In this document: one piece after another, positions 1 to 9,830 of the stretch
Position numbering within the stretch: the first letter of the stretch is position 1
Layout: each line of letters starts with the position of its first letter
Assembly: GCA_017882345.1 (NCBI GenBank)
Contig: JADGPT010000003.1
Location: forward strand, 1 to 44,015
Direction of reading: 5' to 3'
DNA length: 44,015 nt
From: Bacteroidales bacterium
GTDB lineage: Bacteria; Bacteroidota; Bacteroidia; Bacteroidales; VadinHA17
Notes under the pieces: generated by a model
What the model was told of the DNA's origin: nothing
Database searches by the model: none
What the model saw: only the letters and a program-made list of their open reading frames with translations
Program-made: the position numbers and the translations under genes

Positions 1-77
1 CCCCAAATGGAGGGCTTTATCATTTTGCCTTTTTACTTTTGCCTTTTTACTTTTGTCTTTTGTCTTTTATCTTTTAT
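1..77 (-). repeat. Composite intergenic repeat: NNAAAAG heptamer tract followed by GC-rich palindrome (truncated at window edge)
   Basis: Minus strand after the ugd stop reads ataaaag ataaaag acaaaag acaaaag taaaaag gcaaaag taaaaag gcaaaatg ataaagccctccatttgggg, the same layout as 6693-6801. Confidence 0.85.
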
Positions 78-1394
78 CTATCTTCTGCCTATTCCAAAAT
101 ATACAAATCCAAGTTTTTTTAGCTGAGCAGGGTCATAAATATTTCTGCCATCGAAAATCACCCTTCCTTTCATTAATTCAGCCATCCTGTTAAACTCAGG
201 AAGGTGAAATTCCGACCATTCAGTCATTAATGCAAGAGCATCGACATTTACCAGGGCTTCATAAGGATCAGAGTTGTACTCAATTTTGTTTCCAAGGAGT
301 TTTTTTGTTTCATTAATAGCCGCCGGGTCATAGGCTTTTACTCTGGCGCCAGCCTCAAGAAGACTTTCTATCAGAATGATTGAAGATGCTTCCCGGATAT
401 CATCTGTTTTAGGTTTGAATGATAACCCCCAAATACCAATTAACCTGTTCTTAAGATTATTATTAAAGAATTTATTCATCTTGTTGAAAATGACATTTTT
501 CTGGTACTCATTTGCTTTCTCGACAGCTTTGATTACATTTAGCTCATATCCATTGTCAGAAGCTGTTCTCAGAATCGCTTTTACATCCTTTGGAAAGCAT
601 GATCCACCGTACCCGGTACCCGGATAAATAAACTTGCTGCCTATCCTGGAATCACTGCCAATTCCTTTTCGGACATTGTTAATATCAGCGCCAAGTATAT
701 CGCATAAATTTGCTATCTCATTAATGAAACTGATACGTGTGGCAAGCATTGCATTTGCAGCATATTTTGTTATCTCCGCGGAAGCAATATCCATGAAAAG
801 TATCGGATGATTATTCAGTACAAATGGCATATACAGCCTGGTCATAATCTCCCTGGTTTTTTCATTATTTATTCCTATAACAATTCTCTCAGGTTTAAGA
901 AAATCGTCGATTGCCGCACCTTCTTTCAGAAACTCAGGGTTAGAAGCCATATCGAATGGAACGGATTCACCTCGTTTATCGAGTTCAGACTGGATGGCAG
1001 CACGAATCGTCTCAGATGTTCCCACAGGTACCGTACTTTTTGTTACTACAACGATGTGTTTTGTTATAACACGTCCAATATCCCTGGCAACATTAAGTAC
1101 ATGTTTCAGGTCAGCTGATCCATCTTCCCCGGGAGGTGTTCCTACAGCAATAAAAACTACCTCCGATCCTTCAATTCCTTCTTTTATATCTGTTGAAAAC
1201 GAAAGTCGCTTTTTTTCAATATTACTTCTGACCATACTGTCTAATCCGGGTTCATAAATCGGAATGGTCCCATTCTTAAGCTGTTGTATTTTATTACTAT
1301 CTACATCAACACAAGTTACATTGACCCCACTTTCAGCAAAACATGCGCCTGTCACCAAACCAACATAACCCGATCCTACTACAATAATTCTCAT
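78..1394 (-). CDS. ugd: UDP-glucose/GDP-mannose dehydrogenase family protein (UDP-glucose 6-dehydrogenase)
   Basis: N-terminal GSGYVG Rossmann motif, AVGTP, KSTVPVG, NPEFLKEG, catalytic GYGGSCFPKD, C-terminal DGRN. Confidence 0.95.
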   Translation of the reverse strand: MRIIVVGSGYVGLVTGACFAESGVNVTCVDVDSNKIQQLKNGTIPIYEPGLDSMVRSNIEKKRLSFSTDIKEGIEGSEVVFIAVGTPPGEDGSADLKHVLNVARDIGRVITKHIVVVTKSTVPVGTSETIRAAIQSELDKRGESVPFDMASNPEFLKEGAAIDDFLKPERIVIGINNEKTREIMTRLYMPFVLNNHPILFMDIASAEITKYAANAMLATRISFINEIANLCDILGADINNVRKGIGSDSRIGSKFIYPGTGYGGSCFPKDVKAILRTASDNGYELNVIKAVEKANEYQKNVIFNKMNKFFNNNLKNRLIGIWGLSFKPKTDDIREASSIILIESLLEAGARVKAYDPAAINETKKLLGNKIEYNSDPYEALVNVDALALMTEWSEFHLPEFNRMAELMKGRVIFDGRNIYDPAQLKKLGFVYFGIGRR

Positions 1395-1434
1395 AAATCC
1401 TTAGGTATTTAAAGTATTTAGTTTATAAATTTTA

Positions 1435-1442
1435 CAAAGATA
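1435..1442 (-). promoter_or_regulatory. Bacteroidota housekeeping promoter -7 element (TATCTTTG) for ugd
   Basis: Exact TAnnTTTG match about 40 nt upstream of the start codon on the coding strand. Confidence 0.65.
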
Positions 1443-1619
1443 CTATAACAAGTCAAAAACAAAAATTTCAGGAATGGAATAGAAAGGCTTAAGACGACAG
1501 GCTACAGTTAACGGATTACAGGCTGACAAAATCATCAGACTCATCCTTTATCAATATGGCTGACGCCTGATGTAGTGTGAATTTATTCCATAATATTGTG
1601 GGGATTTTGAAAAATATCA

Positions 1620-1627
1620 TATCTTTG
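1620..1627 (+). promoter_or_regulatory. Bacteroidota -7 promoter element (TATCTTTG) for rpsA operon
   Basis: TATCTTTGCA about 65 nt upstream of the ATG, with a TTG about 21 nt further upstream. Confidence 0.7.
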
Positions 1628-1691
1628 CAACCAATTTTTCATACAAAATAATGTCTAACCTATTAATTATTAGTTCTTTTAATTTAAAATT

Positions 1692-3800
1692 ATGACTGAA
1701 AACAAAAAGAAAACAACCAAAAAGGAGGTTGTTGAAAAAAGCGAAGCTCCGGTAAAAGTAACAAAAAGGGCAAGGATCAAAGAAAAAAATGAAGATCAGG
1801 ATGTTACAACAGAAACATTAACTCCGGATGAAGCTGTAACCGGTATTTTAGAAGAGGCTCCTGAAGCTGAAGAGATAACTGAAGTTGCAAAAGCTGAAGA
1901 TTACGGATTCGAGTCGGAAGTAAAGAAAGAGAAGAGATCGAAAAAAACGGAAACAGAACCGGAAGATGAACCGGGGAAAGAATTTAAAACAATAGCCGAA
2001 CCACGAATTGCTGCCACAGCAGAAGAATTCGACTGGGTCTCCTTTGAGAGTGAAGAACTCCGGAATTCACCAAAATATAAAGAGTACGAATCCCTCTATG
2101 ACGAAACGCTCTCTACCGTTGCAGTTGATGAAGTGGTTATAGGAACAGTAATACAGATGACATTACGTGAAGTCGTAATAAATATAGGATACAAATCGGA
2201 AGGCGTTGTCAGTTTAAATGAATTCCGCTATAATCCAAATCTTAAAGTTGGCGATGAAGTTGAAGTTTATGTTGAAAGCCAGGAAGATAAAAAAGGGCAA
2301 CTCCTTCTTTCACATAAGAAAGCACGCGCAATTAATTCATGGGACAGGGTAAATGCTTCACTTGAAAAAGATGAAATCATTACAGGTTACATCAAGTGTC
2401 GTACAAAAGGTGGAATGATCGTAGATGTTTTTGGCATCGAAGCTTTCCTCCCTGGTTCACAGATTGACGTCAAACCAATTCGCGACTATGATGTATTTGT
2501 TGGTAAAACAATGGAATTCAAGGTTGTGAAAATTAACCAGGAATTTAAAAACGTCGTTGTTTCTCATAAAGCTCTTATTGAAGCTGAACTTGAGCAACAG
2601 AAGAAAGAAATTATCGCAAAACTTGAAAAAGGACAGGTTCTTGAAGGAACTGTTAAAAATATTACATCTTATGGCGTTTTCATCGACCTGGGTGGCGTTG
2701 ATGGCCTTATTCATATCACTGACCTTTCATGGGGCAGAGTTAATCACCCCGAGGAAATTGTACAGCTCGATCAGAAACTCAATGTGGTTATTCTTGACTT
2801 CGATGATGATAAGAAGAGAATTGCTCTCGGTCTTAAACAGTTGACTCCTCATCCCTGGGATTCTGTTGACCCGAATATGAAAATCGGAGATAAAGTAAAA
2901 GGGAAAGTTGTTGTTATGGCTGACTACGGCGCTTTTGTTGAAATTGCACCCGGCGTTGAAGGCCTGATTCACGTATCTGAAATGTCATGGTCTCAGCATC
3001 TGCGCAGTGCACAGGAGTTCCTGAAAGTAAGCGACGAAATTGAAGCAGTAATTCTGACACTTGACAGGAATGAGAGAAAAATGTCTCTCGGTATCAAGCA
3101 ACTCAAAACCGATCCCTGGCAGAATATTGATGATAAATATACTGTAGGTTCAAAACATACTGCCAAAGTTAGAAACTTTACAAACTTCGGTGTCTTCGTT
3201 GAGATTGAAGAAGGTGTAGATGGACTTATTCATATTTCTGATTTGTCCTGGACAAAGAAAATCAAACATCCGGCCGAATTCACATCTATTGATGCTGATA
3301 TAGAGGTAGTTGTACTTGAAATTGACAAAGAAAACAGACGGCTGAGCCTTGGACATAAACAGCTTGAAGAGAATCCATGGGATGTCTTCGAGAATCTCTT
3401 TACCATGGATTCAGTTCACGAAGGTACAGTAGTAGAAGTATTCGATAAAGGCGCTGTGATCGCTCTTCCTTATGGTGTTGAAGGATTTGTTACTCCAAAA
3501 CATCTTGTAAAAGAGGATGGAATGATGGCAAAAGTTGATGAGAAATTGATGTTTAAAGTCATTGAATTTAATAAATCAGCTAAGAAAATCATCGTTTCGC
3601 ATAGCAGAGTATTTGAAGACGAAAGGAAAGCTGCTGAAGCTCCGGTAAAGATATCAGAACCTGCTTCACCAAAGAAAACAACAAGGAAACAGAAATCAAG
3701 TTCTGAAAAAACAACACTTGGAGATATCTCTCAGTTGGCTGCTTTGAAAGAAGAAATGGAAGAAAAAGAGAATAAAGCATCCAAGAAAGCGAAAAATTAA
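1692..3800 (+). CDS. rpsA: 30S ribosomal protein S1 with long acidic N-terminal extension
   Basis: Tandem S1 repeats (YGVFIDLGGVDGLIHITDLSW, YGAFVEIAPGVEGLIHVSEMSW, FGVFVEIEEGVDGLIHISDLSW), Bacteroidota EEFDW motif and C-terminal TTLGD. Confidence 0.97.
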   Translation: MTENKKKTTKKEVVEKSEAPVKVTKRARIKEKNEDQDVTTETLTPDEAVTGILEEAPEAEEITEVAKAEDYGFESEVKKEKRSKKTETEPEDEPGKEFKTIAEPRIAATAEEFDWVSFESEELRNSPKYKEYESLYDETLSTVAVDEVVIGTVIQMTLREVVINIGYKSEGVVSLNEFRYNPNLKVGDEVEVYVESQEDKKGQLLLSHKKARAINSWDRVNASLEKDEIITGYIKCRTKGGMIVDVFGIEAFLPGSQIDVKPIRDYDVFVGKTMEFKVVKINQEFKNVVVSHKALIEAELEQQKKEIIAKLEKGQVLEGTVKNITSYGVFIDLGGVDGLIHITDLSWGRVNHPEEIVQLDQKLNVVILDFDDDKKRIALGLKQLTPHPWDSVDPNMKIGDKVKGKVVVMADYGAFVEIAPGVEGLIHVSEMSWSQHLRSAQEFLKVSDEIEAVILTLDRNERKMSLGIKQLKTDPWQNIDDKYTVGSKHTAKVRNFTNFGVFVEIEEGVDGLIHISDLSWTKKIKHPAEFTSIDADIEVVVLEIDKENRRLSLGHKQLEENPWDVFENLFTMDSVHEGTVVEVFDKGAVIALPYGVEGFVTPKHLVKEDGMMAKVDEKLMFKVIEFNKSAKKIIVSHSRVFEDERKAAEAPVKISEPASPKKTTRKQKSSSEKTTLGDISQLAALKEEMEEKENKASKKAKN

Positions 3801-3829
3801 TTAAATTTAGGCTATCAAATTTTATCACT

Positions 3830-4168
3830 ATGGATTTTAATATTGAGAGCCGGAATAACAGCACTGTAATTCAGATACTGTCGGAAAAGCTTGATACACA
3901 TATTGCTCCGGCACTTAAGTCGGAACTGGTGCTTGTCTCAGGTAAGGGTGAAAAGAATATCATCCTCGACCTTGAAAAATGTCAGTACTGTGACTCTTCC
4001 GGGCTGAGCGCTATATTAGTAGCCAACAGATTATGTAAAAATGCAGGGGGTACATTCGTTCTTTGCGGACTTAATGAAGCTGTTGAACGACTTATCACCA
4101 TTTCTCAGCTCGACACCGTTCTTACAATAACAGGATCGGTTGAAGATGCTGAAAAAATGATATCTTAA
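3830..4168 (+). CDS. STAS-domain protein (anti-sigma factor antagonist, SpoIIAA/RsbV-like)
   Basis: 112 aa with ILDL..CQYCDSSGLSAIL motif containing the phospho-acceptor Ser. Confidence 0.9.
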   Translation: MDFNIESRNNSTVIQILSEKLDTHIAPALKSELVLVSGKGEKNIILDLEKCQYCDSSGLSAILVANRLCKNAGGTFVLCGLNEAVERLITISQLDTVLTITGSVEDAEKMIS

Positions 4169-4191
4169 AACAGATCGTTTTAAAGAGTGCG

Positions 4192-5115
4192 ATGAAAGTT
4201 ACTATACTTGGTAGTAGTTCTGCATTGCCGACTTCAGAAAGATATCCCTCCGCTCATGTGCTTAATGCGCATGAGCGGTTATTTTTAATAGACTGTGGTG
4301 AAGGTACACAGATGCAACTCAGAAAAACGAGGATCAGATTCGCAAAAATAAATCATATCTTCCTAAGCCACCTTCATGGCGACCATGTCTTCGGTCTGTA
4401 TGGATTATTGTCAACCTTCAGCCTTATGGGAAGGGAAAGCCCAATTCATCTTTATGCTCCTGAAAAATATGACAATATTCTGAAATCACATCTCAGAGAT
4501 TTTGATATAAATCTCAGTTTTGACATAGATTTTATTCCTCTTTCCGGCAATGAACCGGTTAAAATACTTGATGATAAGTATCTTACTGTAACATCATTTC
4601 CTCTTCAGCACAGGGTTCCCGCTTATGGTTTCCTTTTCAGGGAAAAAATATCTGACAGGAGTATTATCAAAGAATGCATTGATAAGTTTCATATTCCTCC
4701 TCTCAGGATTCCTGCAATTAAAAAAGGAGAGGATTTTATCACTCCTGATGGTACAATAATAAAAAATACAGAGATAACACTTCCTCCGCCAAAACCTTTG
4801 TCTTATGCCTATTGCAGCGATACGAAATATTTCAAACGGCTGGCATCTTTCGTGAAGGAAGTGAGTCTGTTATATCATGAAGCTACTTTCGATAAAACCA
4901 AAGTCGATCTTGCTGAAATTACAGGTCACTCGACAACTCTCGATGCGGCAAGAACTGCTATGGATGCAAGGGTCAGCACTCTTCTTATCGGCCATTTCTC
5001 AGCCCGTTATAAAGATGTTTTACCGCTCGTCGAAGAGGCCAGAACATTATTCCCGGAAACTTATGCCGCAATAGATGGTCAGACTTTTGAAGTGGGGAAT
5101 CTTACTCATCCCTAA
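4192..5115 (+). CDS. rnz: Ribonuclease Z
   Basis: DCGEGTQ, HLHGDH metallo-beta-lactamase motif, YCSDT, HEATF, GHST, GHFSARY. Confidence 0.95.
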   Translation: MKVTILGSSSALPTSERYPSAHVLNAHERLFLIDCGEGTQMQLRKTRIRFAKINHIFLSHLHGDHVFGLYGLLSTFSLMGRESPIHLYAPEKYDNILKSHLRDFDINLSFDIDFIPLSGNEPVKILDDKYLTVTSFPLQHRVPAYGFLFREKISDRSIIKECIDKFHIPPLRIPAIKKGEDFITPDGTIIKNTEITLPPPKPLSYAYCSDTKYFKRLASFVKEVSLLYHEATFDKTKVDLAEITGHSTTLDAARTAMDARVSTLLIGHFSARYKDVLPLVEEARTLFPETYAAIDGQTFEVGNLTHP

Positions 5116-5127
5116 TAAAAGAATATC

Positions 5128-5135
5128 TATCTTTG
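5128..5135 (+). promoter_or_regulatory. -7 promoter element (TATCTTTG) for guaA
   Basis: TAnnTTTG match in the short rnz-guaA spacer. Confidence 0.6.
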
Positions 5136-5162
5136 TGACCATTGTAATAAACTAATAAAGTC

Positions 5163-6692
5163 TTGCAGGAAAAAATTTTAATTCTAGATTTTGGATCTCA
5201 GTATACTCAGCTGATAGCCAGAAGAATACGTGAAATTAATGTCTATTGCGAAATATATCCATTTAATCATTTTCCATCTCCTGATGATAGTGTTAAGGGG
5301 GTAATCCTGTCAGGCAGTCCATCTTCTGTGCGTGACAAAAATGCACCAACTCCGGACCTTTCAAAAATCAAGGGGATCATACCTTTACTTGGTATCTGTT
5401 ACGGAGCACAGTATCTGGTTCATAATTATGGTGGAGAAGTTATGCCTTCGGGAATCCGCGAATATGGCAGGGCTAGCCTTATTTCTATAATTAATAATGA
5501 TCCACTCTTTAAAGATATAGAATCAGGAACACAGGTATGGATGTCACATGCTGATACTATCACCGCTGTCCCTGCTGGTTACGAGATTACAGGATCAACA
5601 GCTGATGTGAAAGCAGGAGCATTTCATATAAATGGTGAAAGTACATGGGGAATACAATTCCATCCCGAAGTATATCATACAACAGAAGGAACTAAGATAC
5701 TTAAGAACTTTGTAATTGGTATCTGTGGTTGTTCTCAGAACTGGACTCCCGATTCATTTGCCGGTTCAACTGTCGATAACCTGAAAGCCAAATTAGGTAA
5801 TGATAAAGTGATCCTTGGCCTCTCAGGAGGTGTTGACTCTTCTGTTGCGGCATTTCTGCTTCATAAAGCGATTGGCAAAAACCTCACCTGTATATTCGTT
5901 GATAACGGGTTACTCAGGAAGAATGAATTTACCAGGGTGCTGGAGTCATATCTTGGACTCGGACTTAATGTTGTTGGAGTTGATGCATCAGAAAGGTTCC
6001 TGGATCAATTGGAAGGGGTGAGTGATCCGGAGACTAAACGTAAGATAATCGGACGTGTTTTTATTGAAGTTTTTGATAGCGAAGCAAAAAAAGTCAGAGA
6101 TGTTAAATGGCTGGCTCAGGGAACAATCTACCCCGATGTAATTGAATCTGTTTCAGTTAACGGTCCGTCTGCAACAATTAAATCACATCATAATGTCGGA
6201 GGCTTGCCGGAAAAAATGCACCTGAGAGTGGTGGAACCACTCCGTCTCCTTTTTAAAGATGAGGTGCGAAAAGTAGGGCTGGCTCTCGGACTCCCTGATT
6301 TTATACTTAAAAGGCACCCTTTTCCGGGTCCGGGATTAGCAATCCGGCTGCTTGGAAAGATGACAAGAGAAAAACTGGAGATTCTAAAGGAAGCAGATGA
6401 AATTTTTATCGAAGGCCTCAAAAAACATGGGTTGTACGATTCTGTCTGGCAGGCTGGTGTGATTCTTCTGCCTGTGCAGTCGGTCGGGGTGATGGGGGAT
6501 GAAAGGACTTATGAAAATACTATAGTTCTCAGAGCAGTAAATTCAACAGATGGCATGACCGCAGATTGGTCGCATCTGCCCTATGAATTTCTTGGGTTAA
6601 TTTCAAATGAAATAATAAATAAGGTAAAAGGAATTAACAGGGTCGTTTATGATATCAGCTCTAAACCACCTTCTACAATTGAATGGGAATAG
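5163..6692 (+). CDS. guaA: GMP synthase (glutamine-hydrolyzing), TTG start
   Basis: [44 protein letters not shown]-terminal KPPSTIEWE. Confidence 0.97.
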   Translation: MQEKILILDFGSQYTQLIARRIREINVYCEIYPFNHFPSPDDSVKGVILSGSPSSVRDKNAPTPDLSKIKGIIPLLGICYGAQYLVHNYGGEVMPSGIREYGRASLISIINNDPLFKDIESGTQVWMSHADTITAVPAGYEITGSTADVKAGAFHINGESTWGIQFHPEVYHTTEGTKILKNFVIGICGCSQNWTPDSFAGSTVDNLKAKLGNDKVILGLSGGVDSSVAAFLLHKAIGKNLTCIFVDNGLLRKNEFTRVLESYLGLGLNVVGVDASERFLDQLEGVSDPETKRKIIGRVFIEVFDSEAKKVRDVKWLAQGTIYPDVIESVSVNGPSATIKSHHNVGGLPEKMHLRVVEPLRLLFKDEVRKVGLALGLPDFILKRHPFPGPGLAIRLLGKMTREKLEILKEADEIFIEGLKKHGLYDSVWQAGVILLPVQSVGVMGDERTYENTIVLRAVNSTDGMTADWSHLPYEFLGLISNEIINKVKGINRVVYDISSKPPSTIEWE

Positions 6693-6801
6693 GAAAAGAC
6701 AAAAGACAAAAGACAAAAGTAAAAAGACAAAAGTGAAATCAAGGAGAAAGGGAAAAGACAAGAGGATAAAGCCCCCCATTTGGGGGGTTGGGGGGTAAAA
6801 A
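6693..6801 (+). repeat. Composite intergenic repeat: acaaaag/taaaaag heptamer tract plus AAAGCCCCCCATTTGGGGGGTTGGGGGGTAAAAA palindrome
   Basis: Five tandem 7-mers at 6699-6733; C6-ATTT-G6 hairpin plus second G6 run at 6768-6801; related copies at 1-20, 14731, 33245, 33291 and 38402. Confidence 0.9.
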
Positions 6802-6901
6802 ATTAGAAGTAAATACTCTAATATACAGGTAATTAGCCCCACTTTAAAAACTTTTCACCCTTTAAATTGTTGAAGTAAATTATTACATTGAAAATCAAAA
6901 T

Positions 6902-8503
6902 ATGAAAAGAAAAATATTAAACATCGTAGTTCTGACCGTTTCCTTTTTCCTTTTAACAATAACTGCTTCATCACAGGTATTAAATGAGGGGACTATTAAA
7001 TTTGGCAGGACTCTGAGTCTGATTGATGCATTCTATGTTGATTCTACCAATCTGGATATGCTTACCGAAAAAGCAATAATTGAAGTGCTGAAAAATCTTG
7101 ACCCGCACTCAACTTATATTTCCGCAAAAGATGTTAAAGAAATGAACGAACCTCTTAATGGCAATTTTGAAGGAATCGGCGTTCAGTTTAATCTTCTTCG
7201 GGACTCAATTATTGTTGTTGAACCTATTACCGGAGGTCCTTCAGAAAAAGTAGGAATAAGGGCTGGCGACAGAATTCTGACTATTGACAATGAAAAAGTT
7301 GCAGGAATAAAGATAACTACATCTGGTGTTCGAAGCAGGTTAATGGGACCAAAAGGGACAAAAGTAAATATAACTGTTTACAGAAGAGGAGAAAAGGATA
7401 TCCTTGATTTCACAATTATTCGTGATAAAATACCGATTTTTAGTCTCGATGCATCCTATATGCTTGATAAAGAAACAGGATATATTAAACTGAATAAATT
7501 TGCCGCCACCACCGAAAAAGAGTTTTCAGATGCAGTAACTAACCTCAAAAAGAGCAACATGAAAAATCTGGTCCTCGACTTAAGGGGAAATGGTGGAGGT
7601 TATATGCTGGCTGCAACAGAATTGGCTGATAAATTCTTCCCGGATCAGAAACTGCTTGTCTATTTAGCCGGAAGAAAGACTCCAAAGCAGGAATTTAAAT
7701 CAACCGGCAACGGGAGTCTTTCCTCAGCAAGGATCGTGGTTCTTACCGATGAAGGATCCGCATCAGCGAGTGAGATATTTGCAGGAGCTATGCAAGATTG
7801 GGACCGTGGTGTCATTATGGGCAGACGTACCTTTGGTAAAGGACTGGTTCAGAATGGATTTTACCTTACAGATGGTTCAATGATAAGACTCACGATAGCC
7901 CGTTATTACACTCCTACAGGAAGGTCAATTCAAAGACCATACAACGAGGGTTATGAGAAATACATGGAGAACTTCTATAAACGATTTACAGATGGTGAAC
8001 TGATGTCGGCTGATAGTATCCGTTTACCTGATTCTTTGAAGTATAAAACATTGGTTAACAGACGCATTGTTTACGGCGGCGGCGGAATAATGCCTGATAT
8101 TTTTGTACCTGCAGACACTTCATCCATTTCTCCATACTTTAACAAACTAGGTGCAAAAAATGTTCTTAATACCTTTTCACTTGAATATTTCGATAGAAAC
8201 AGGACAGTGTTAACTTCCCAGTATAAATCATTTGGTGACTTCAACATGAAATTTAAATTCAGTCCCAATGATATTAAAGCATTTATAGCAAAAGGAGAAG
8301 CTGAAGGAGTCAAATTCAATGAAGAACAATTCAACAAATCTGAAGATGAGATTCTGTTAATATTGAAGGGGTTTGTTGCAAGTAACATGTGGCAGACAAG
8401 CGAATTGTATCAGATTGTGAATGAAAACGATAAAGTGATCGCCAACGCGCTCAAAATTATTTCAGATAAGAAGAGTTATAATTTGATACTAGGTATTCAG
8501 TAA
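6902..8503 (+). CDS. S41 family carboxyl-terminal processing protease (CtpA/Prc-like)
   Basis: Signal peptide, LDPHS, PDZ region (FEGIG..., GIRAGD), DLRGNGGG, catalytic ASASE and TFGKG, ARYYTPTGR. Confidence 0.93.
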   Translation: MKRKILNIVVLTVSFFLLTITASSQVLNEGTIKFGRTLSLIDAFYVDSTNLDMLTEKAIIEVLKNLDPHSTYISAKDVKEMNEPLNGNFEGIGVQFNLLRDSIIVVEPITGGPSEKVGIRAGDRILTIDNEKVAGIKITTSGVRSRLMGPKGTKVNITVYRRGEKDILDFTIIRDKIPIFSLDASYMLDKETGYIKLNKFAATTEKEFSDAVTNLKKSNMKNLVLDLRGNGGGYMLAATELADKFFPDQKLLVYLAGRKTPKQEFKSTGNGSLSSARIVVLTDEGSASASEIFAGAMQDWDRGVIMGRRTFGKGLVQNGFYLTDGSMIRLTIARYYTPTGRSIQRPYNEGYEKYMENFYKRFTDGELMSADSIRLPDSLKYKTLVNRRIVYGGGGIMPDIFVPADTSSISPYFNKLGAKNVLNTFSLEYFDRNRTVLTSQYKSFGDFNMKFKFSPNDIKAFIAKGEAEGVKFNEEQFNKSEDEILLILKGFVASNMWQTSELYQIVNENDKVIANALKIISDKKSYNLILGIQ

Positions 8504-8524
8504 TCAGGAGTCAATATACTAATA

Positions 8525-9667
8525 ATGAGATTTGTAGCAAAGACTCTATACGGACTTGAAAAAGTTCTTTCAGAAGAACTTATCAGTCTTGGAGCCCTCG
8601 AAGTACAAACGGGTAACCGTGCAGTGTTTTTTAAAGGTGATATGAATCTTTTGTACAGGGCAAACTACTGTGTCAGAACTGCTTTATCGATCCTCATGCC
8701 AATAGCTGAATTCAGAATCCGATCAAAAGACGATCTGTATAATGAAGGATTGAAGATAGAATGGGATAGATTTATGGATCCTGATGATACATTTTCAATT
8801 GTACCTGTTATTAACTCTCCTCATTTTGGACATACTGGTTATGCCGGTCTGATTCTCAAAGATGCTTTAGCCGATTCTTTCAGGAATAAGACGGGAAGGC
8901 GTCCATCTGTTGATTCAGGTGATCCCCGGATTCTGATCAATCTTCATATTAGCAATGACCTCGCGACGATCTCACTCGACTCTTCTGTAGTTCCTTTGTT
9001 CAAACGAGGATACAGGCAGGAACAGACAGTTGCTCCGCTTAATGAGGTTCTCGCTGCAGGTATAGTGCTTTTATCAGGATGGAATATGTCTGCTTCTTTG
9101 ACTGATCCAATGTGTGGATCTGGTACCATACCCATTGAGGCAGGACTGATAGCCTGTAATATTCCACCAGGCAAATTCCGTCAATTCTTTGGATTTCAGC
9201 GATGGAAAGATTTTGATGAAGATCTGTTCGAAAAGATAAAACACGATTGTAACAGTCAAATTGTACTTTCATCTGTAAAAATATTCGGAAGCGATATCTC
9301 GGAACAAACATTACAGCATGCAAGAGCCAATGTTGCTAAAGCAGAACTGAGCGATGCCATATCCCTTGAAGTATCTGATTTTAAGAATCTTAAATCTGTT
9401 GACGATAATGGATTCGTTTTTCTGAATCCGCCTTATGGACAAAGAATTCAACCTGAAGAAATTGACCTTTTATATAGTATGATTGGTACAACGCTGAAAC
9501 ATAATTTCGCCGGAACCACAGCATGGCTGATAACTTCAAACAAGGAGTCACTCAAACATGTTGGTCTGAAACCTAAAGAAAAGCACACTCTTTTCAATGG
9601 CGCATTGGAGTGCGTTCTCCTTAAATATGAGATGTACCAGGGGACGAAAAAGCAGGAGAAGACCTGA
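8525..9667 (+). CDS. THUMP-domain SAM-dependent RNA methyltransferase (RlmL-like, probable 23S rRNA m2G methylase)
   Basis: KRGYR, APLNEVLAAG, DPMCGSGT SAM-binding motif, NPPYG, LFNG. Confidence 0.85.
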   Translation: MRFVAKTLYGLEKVLSEELISLGALEVQTGNRAVFFKGDMNLLYRANYCVRTALSILMPIAEFRIRSKDDLYNEGLKIEWDRFMDPDDTFSIVPVINSPHFGHTGYAGLILKDALADSFRNKTGRRPSVDSGDPRILINLHISNDLATISLDSSVVPLFKRGYRQEQTVAPLNEVLAAGIVLLSGWNMSASLTDPMCGSGTIPIEAGLIACNIPPGKFRQFFGFQRWKDFDEDLFEKIKHDCNSQIVLSSVKIFGSDISEQTLQHARANVAKAELSDAISLEVSDFKNLKSVDDNGFVFLNPPYGQRIQPEEIDLLYSMIGTTLKHNFAGTTAWLITSNKESLKHVGLKPKEKHTLFNGALECVLLKYEMYQGTKKQEKT

Positions 9668-9783
9668 TATCTCCTCATAAATGATGTTGATCACAGCAAA
9701 TAGGTACCTTTATCAAAAATATACCCATTATTTAAAAAACCGGAAACTGTGATAGTTAAATTTTGGTAGCTTTATATTTTTAT

Positions 9784-9791
9784 TATATTTG
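9784..9791 (+). promoter_or_regulatory. -7 promoter element (TATATTTG) for the siaB/siaC-like pair
   Basis: TAnnTTTG with TTTG at 9762-9765 as a plausible -33 element. Confidence 0.6.
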
Positions 9792-9830
9792 TTATTGGAA
9801 AAACTAGATCTTATCTAAAATGAAGCTTAA

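Noticed and set aside
6693-6801. Possible CRISPR array
   Set aside because: Repeats are contiguous 7-mers with no unique spacers, and no cas genes are present.
6603-6842. 79-aa minus-strand hydrophobic ORF
   Set aside because: Arises from translating the T-rich complement of the heptamer/palindrome repeat and overlaps guaA.
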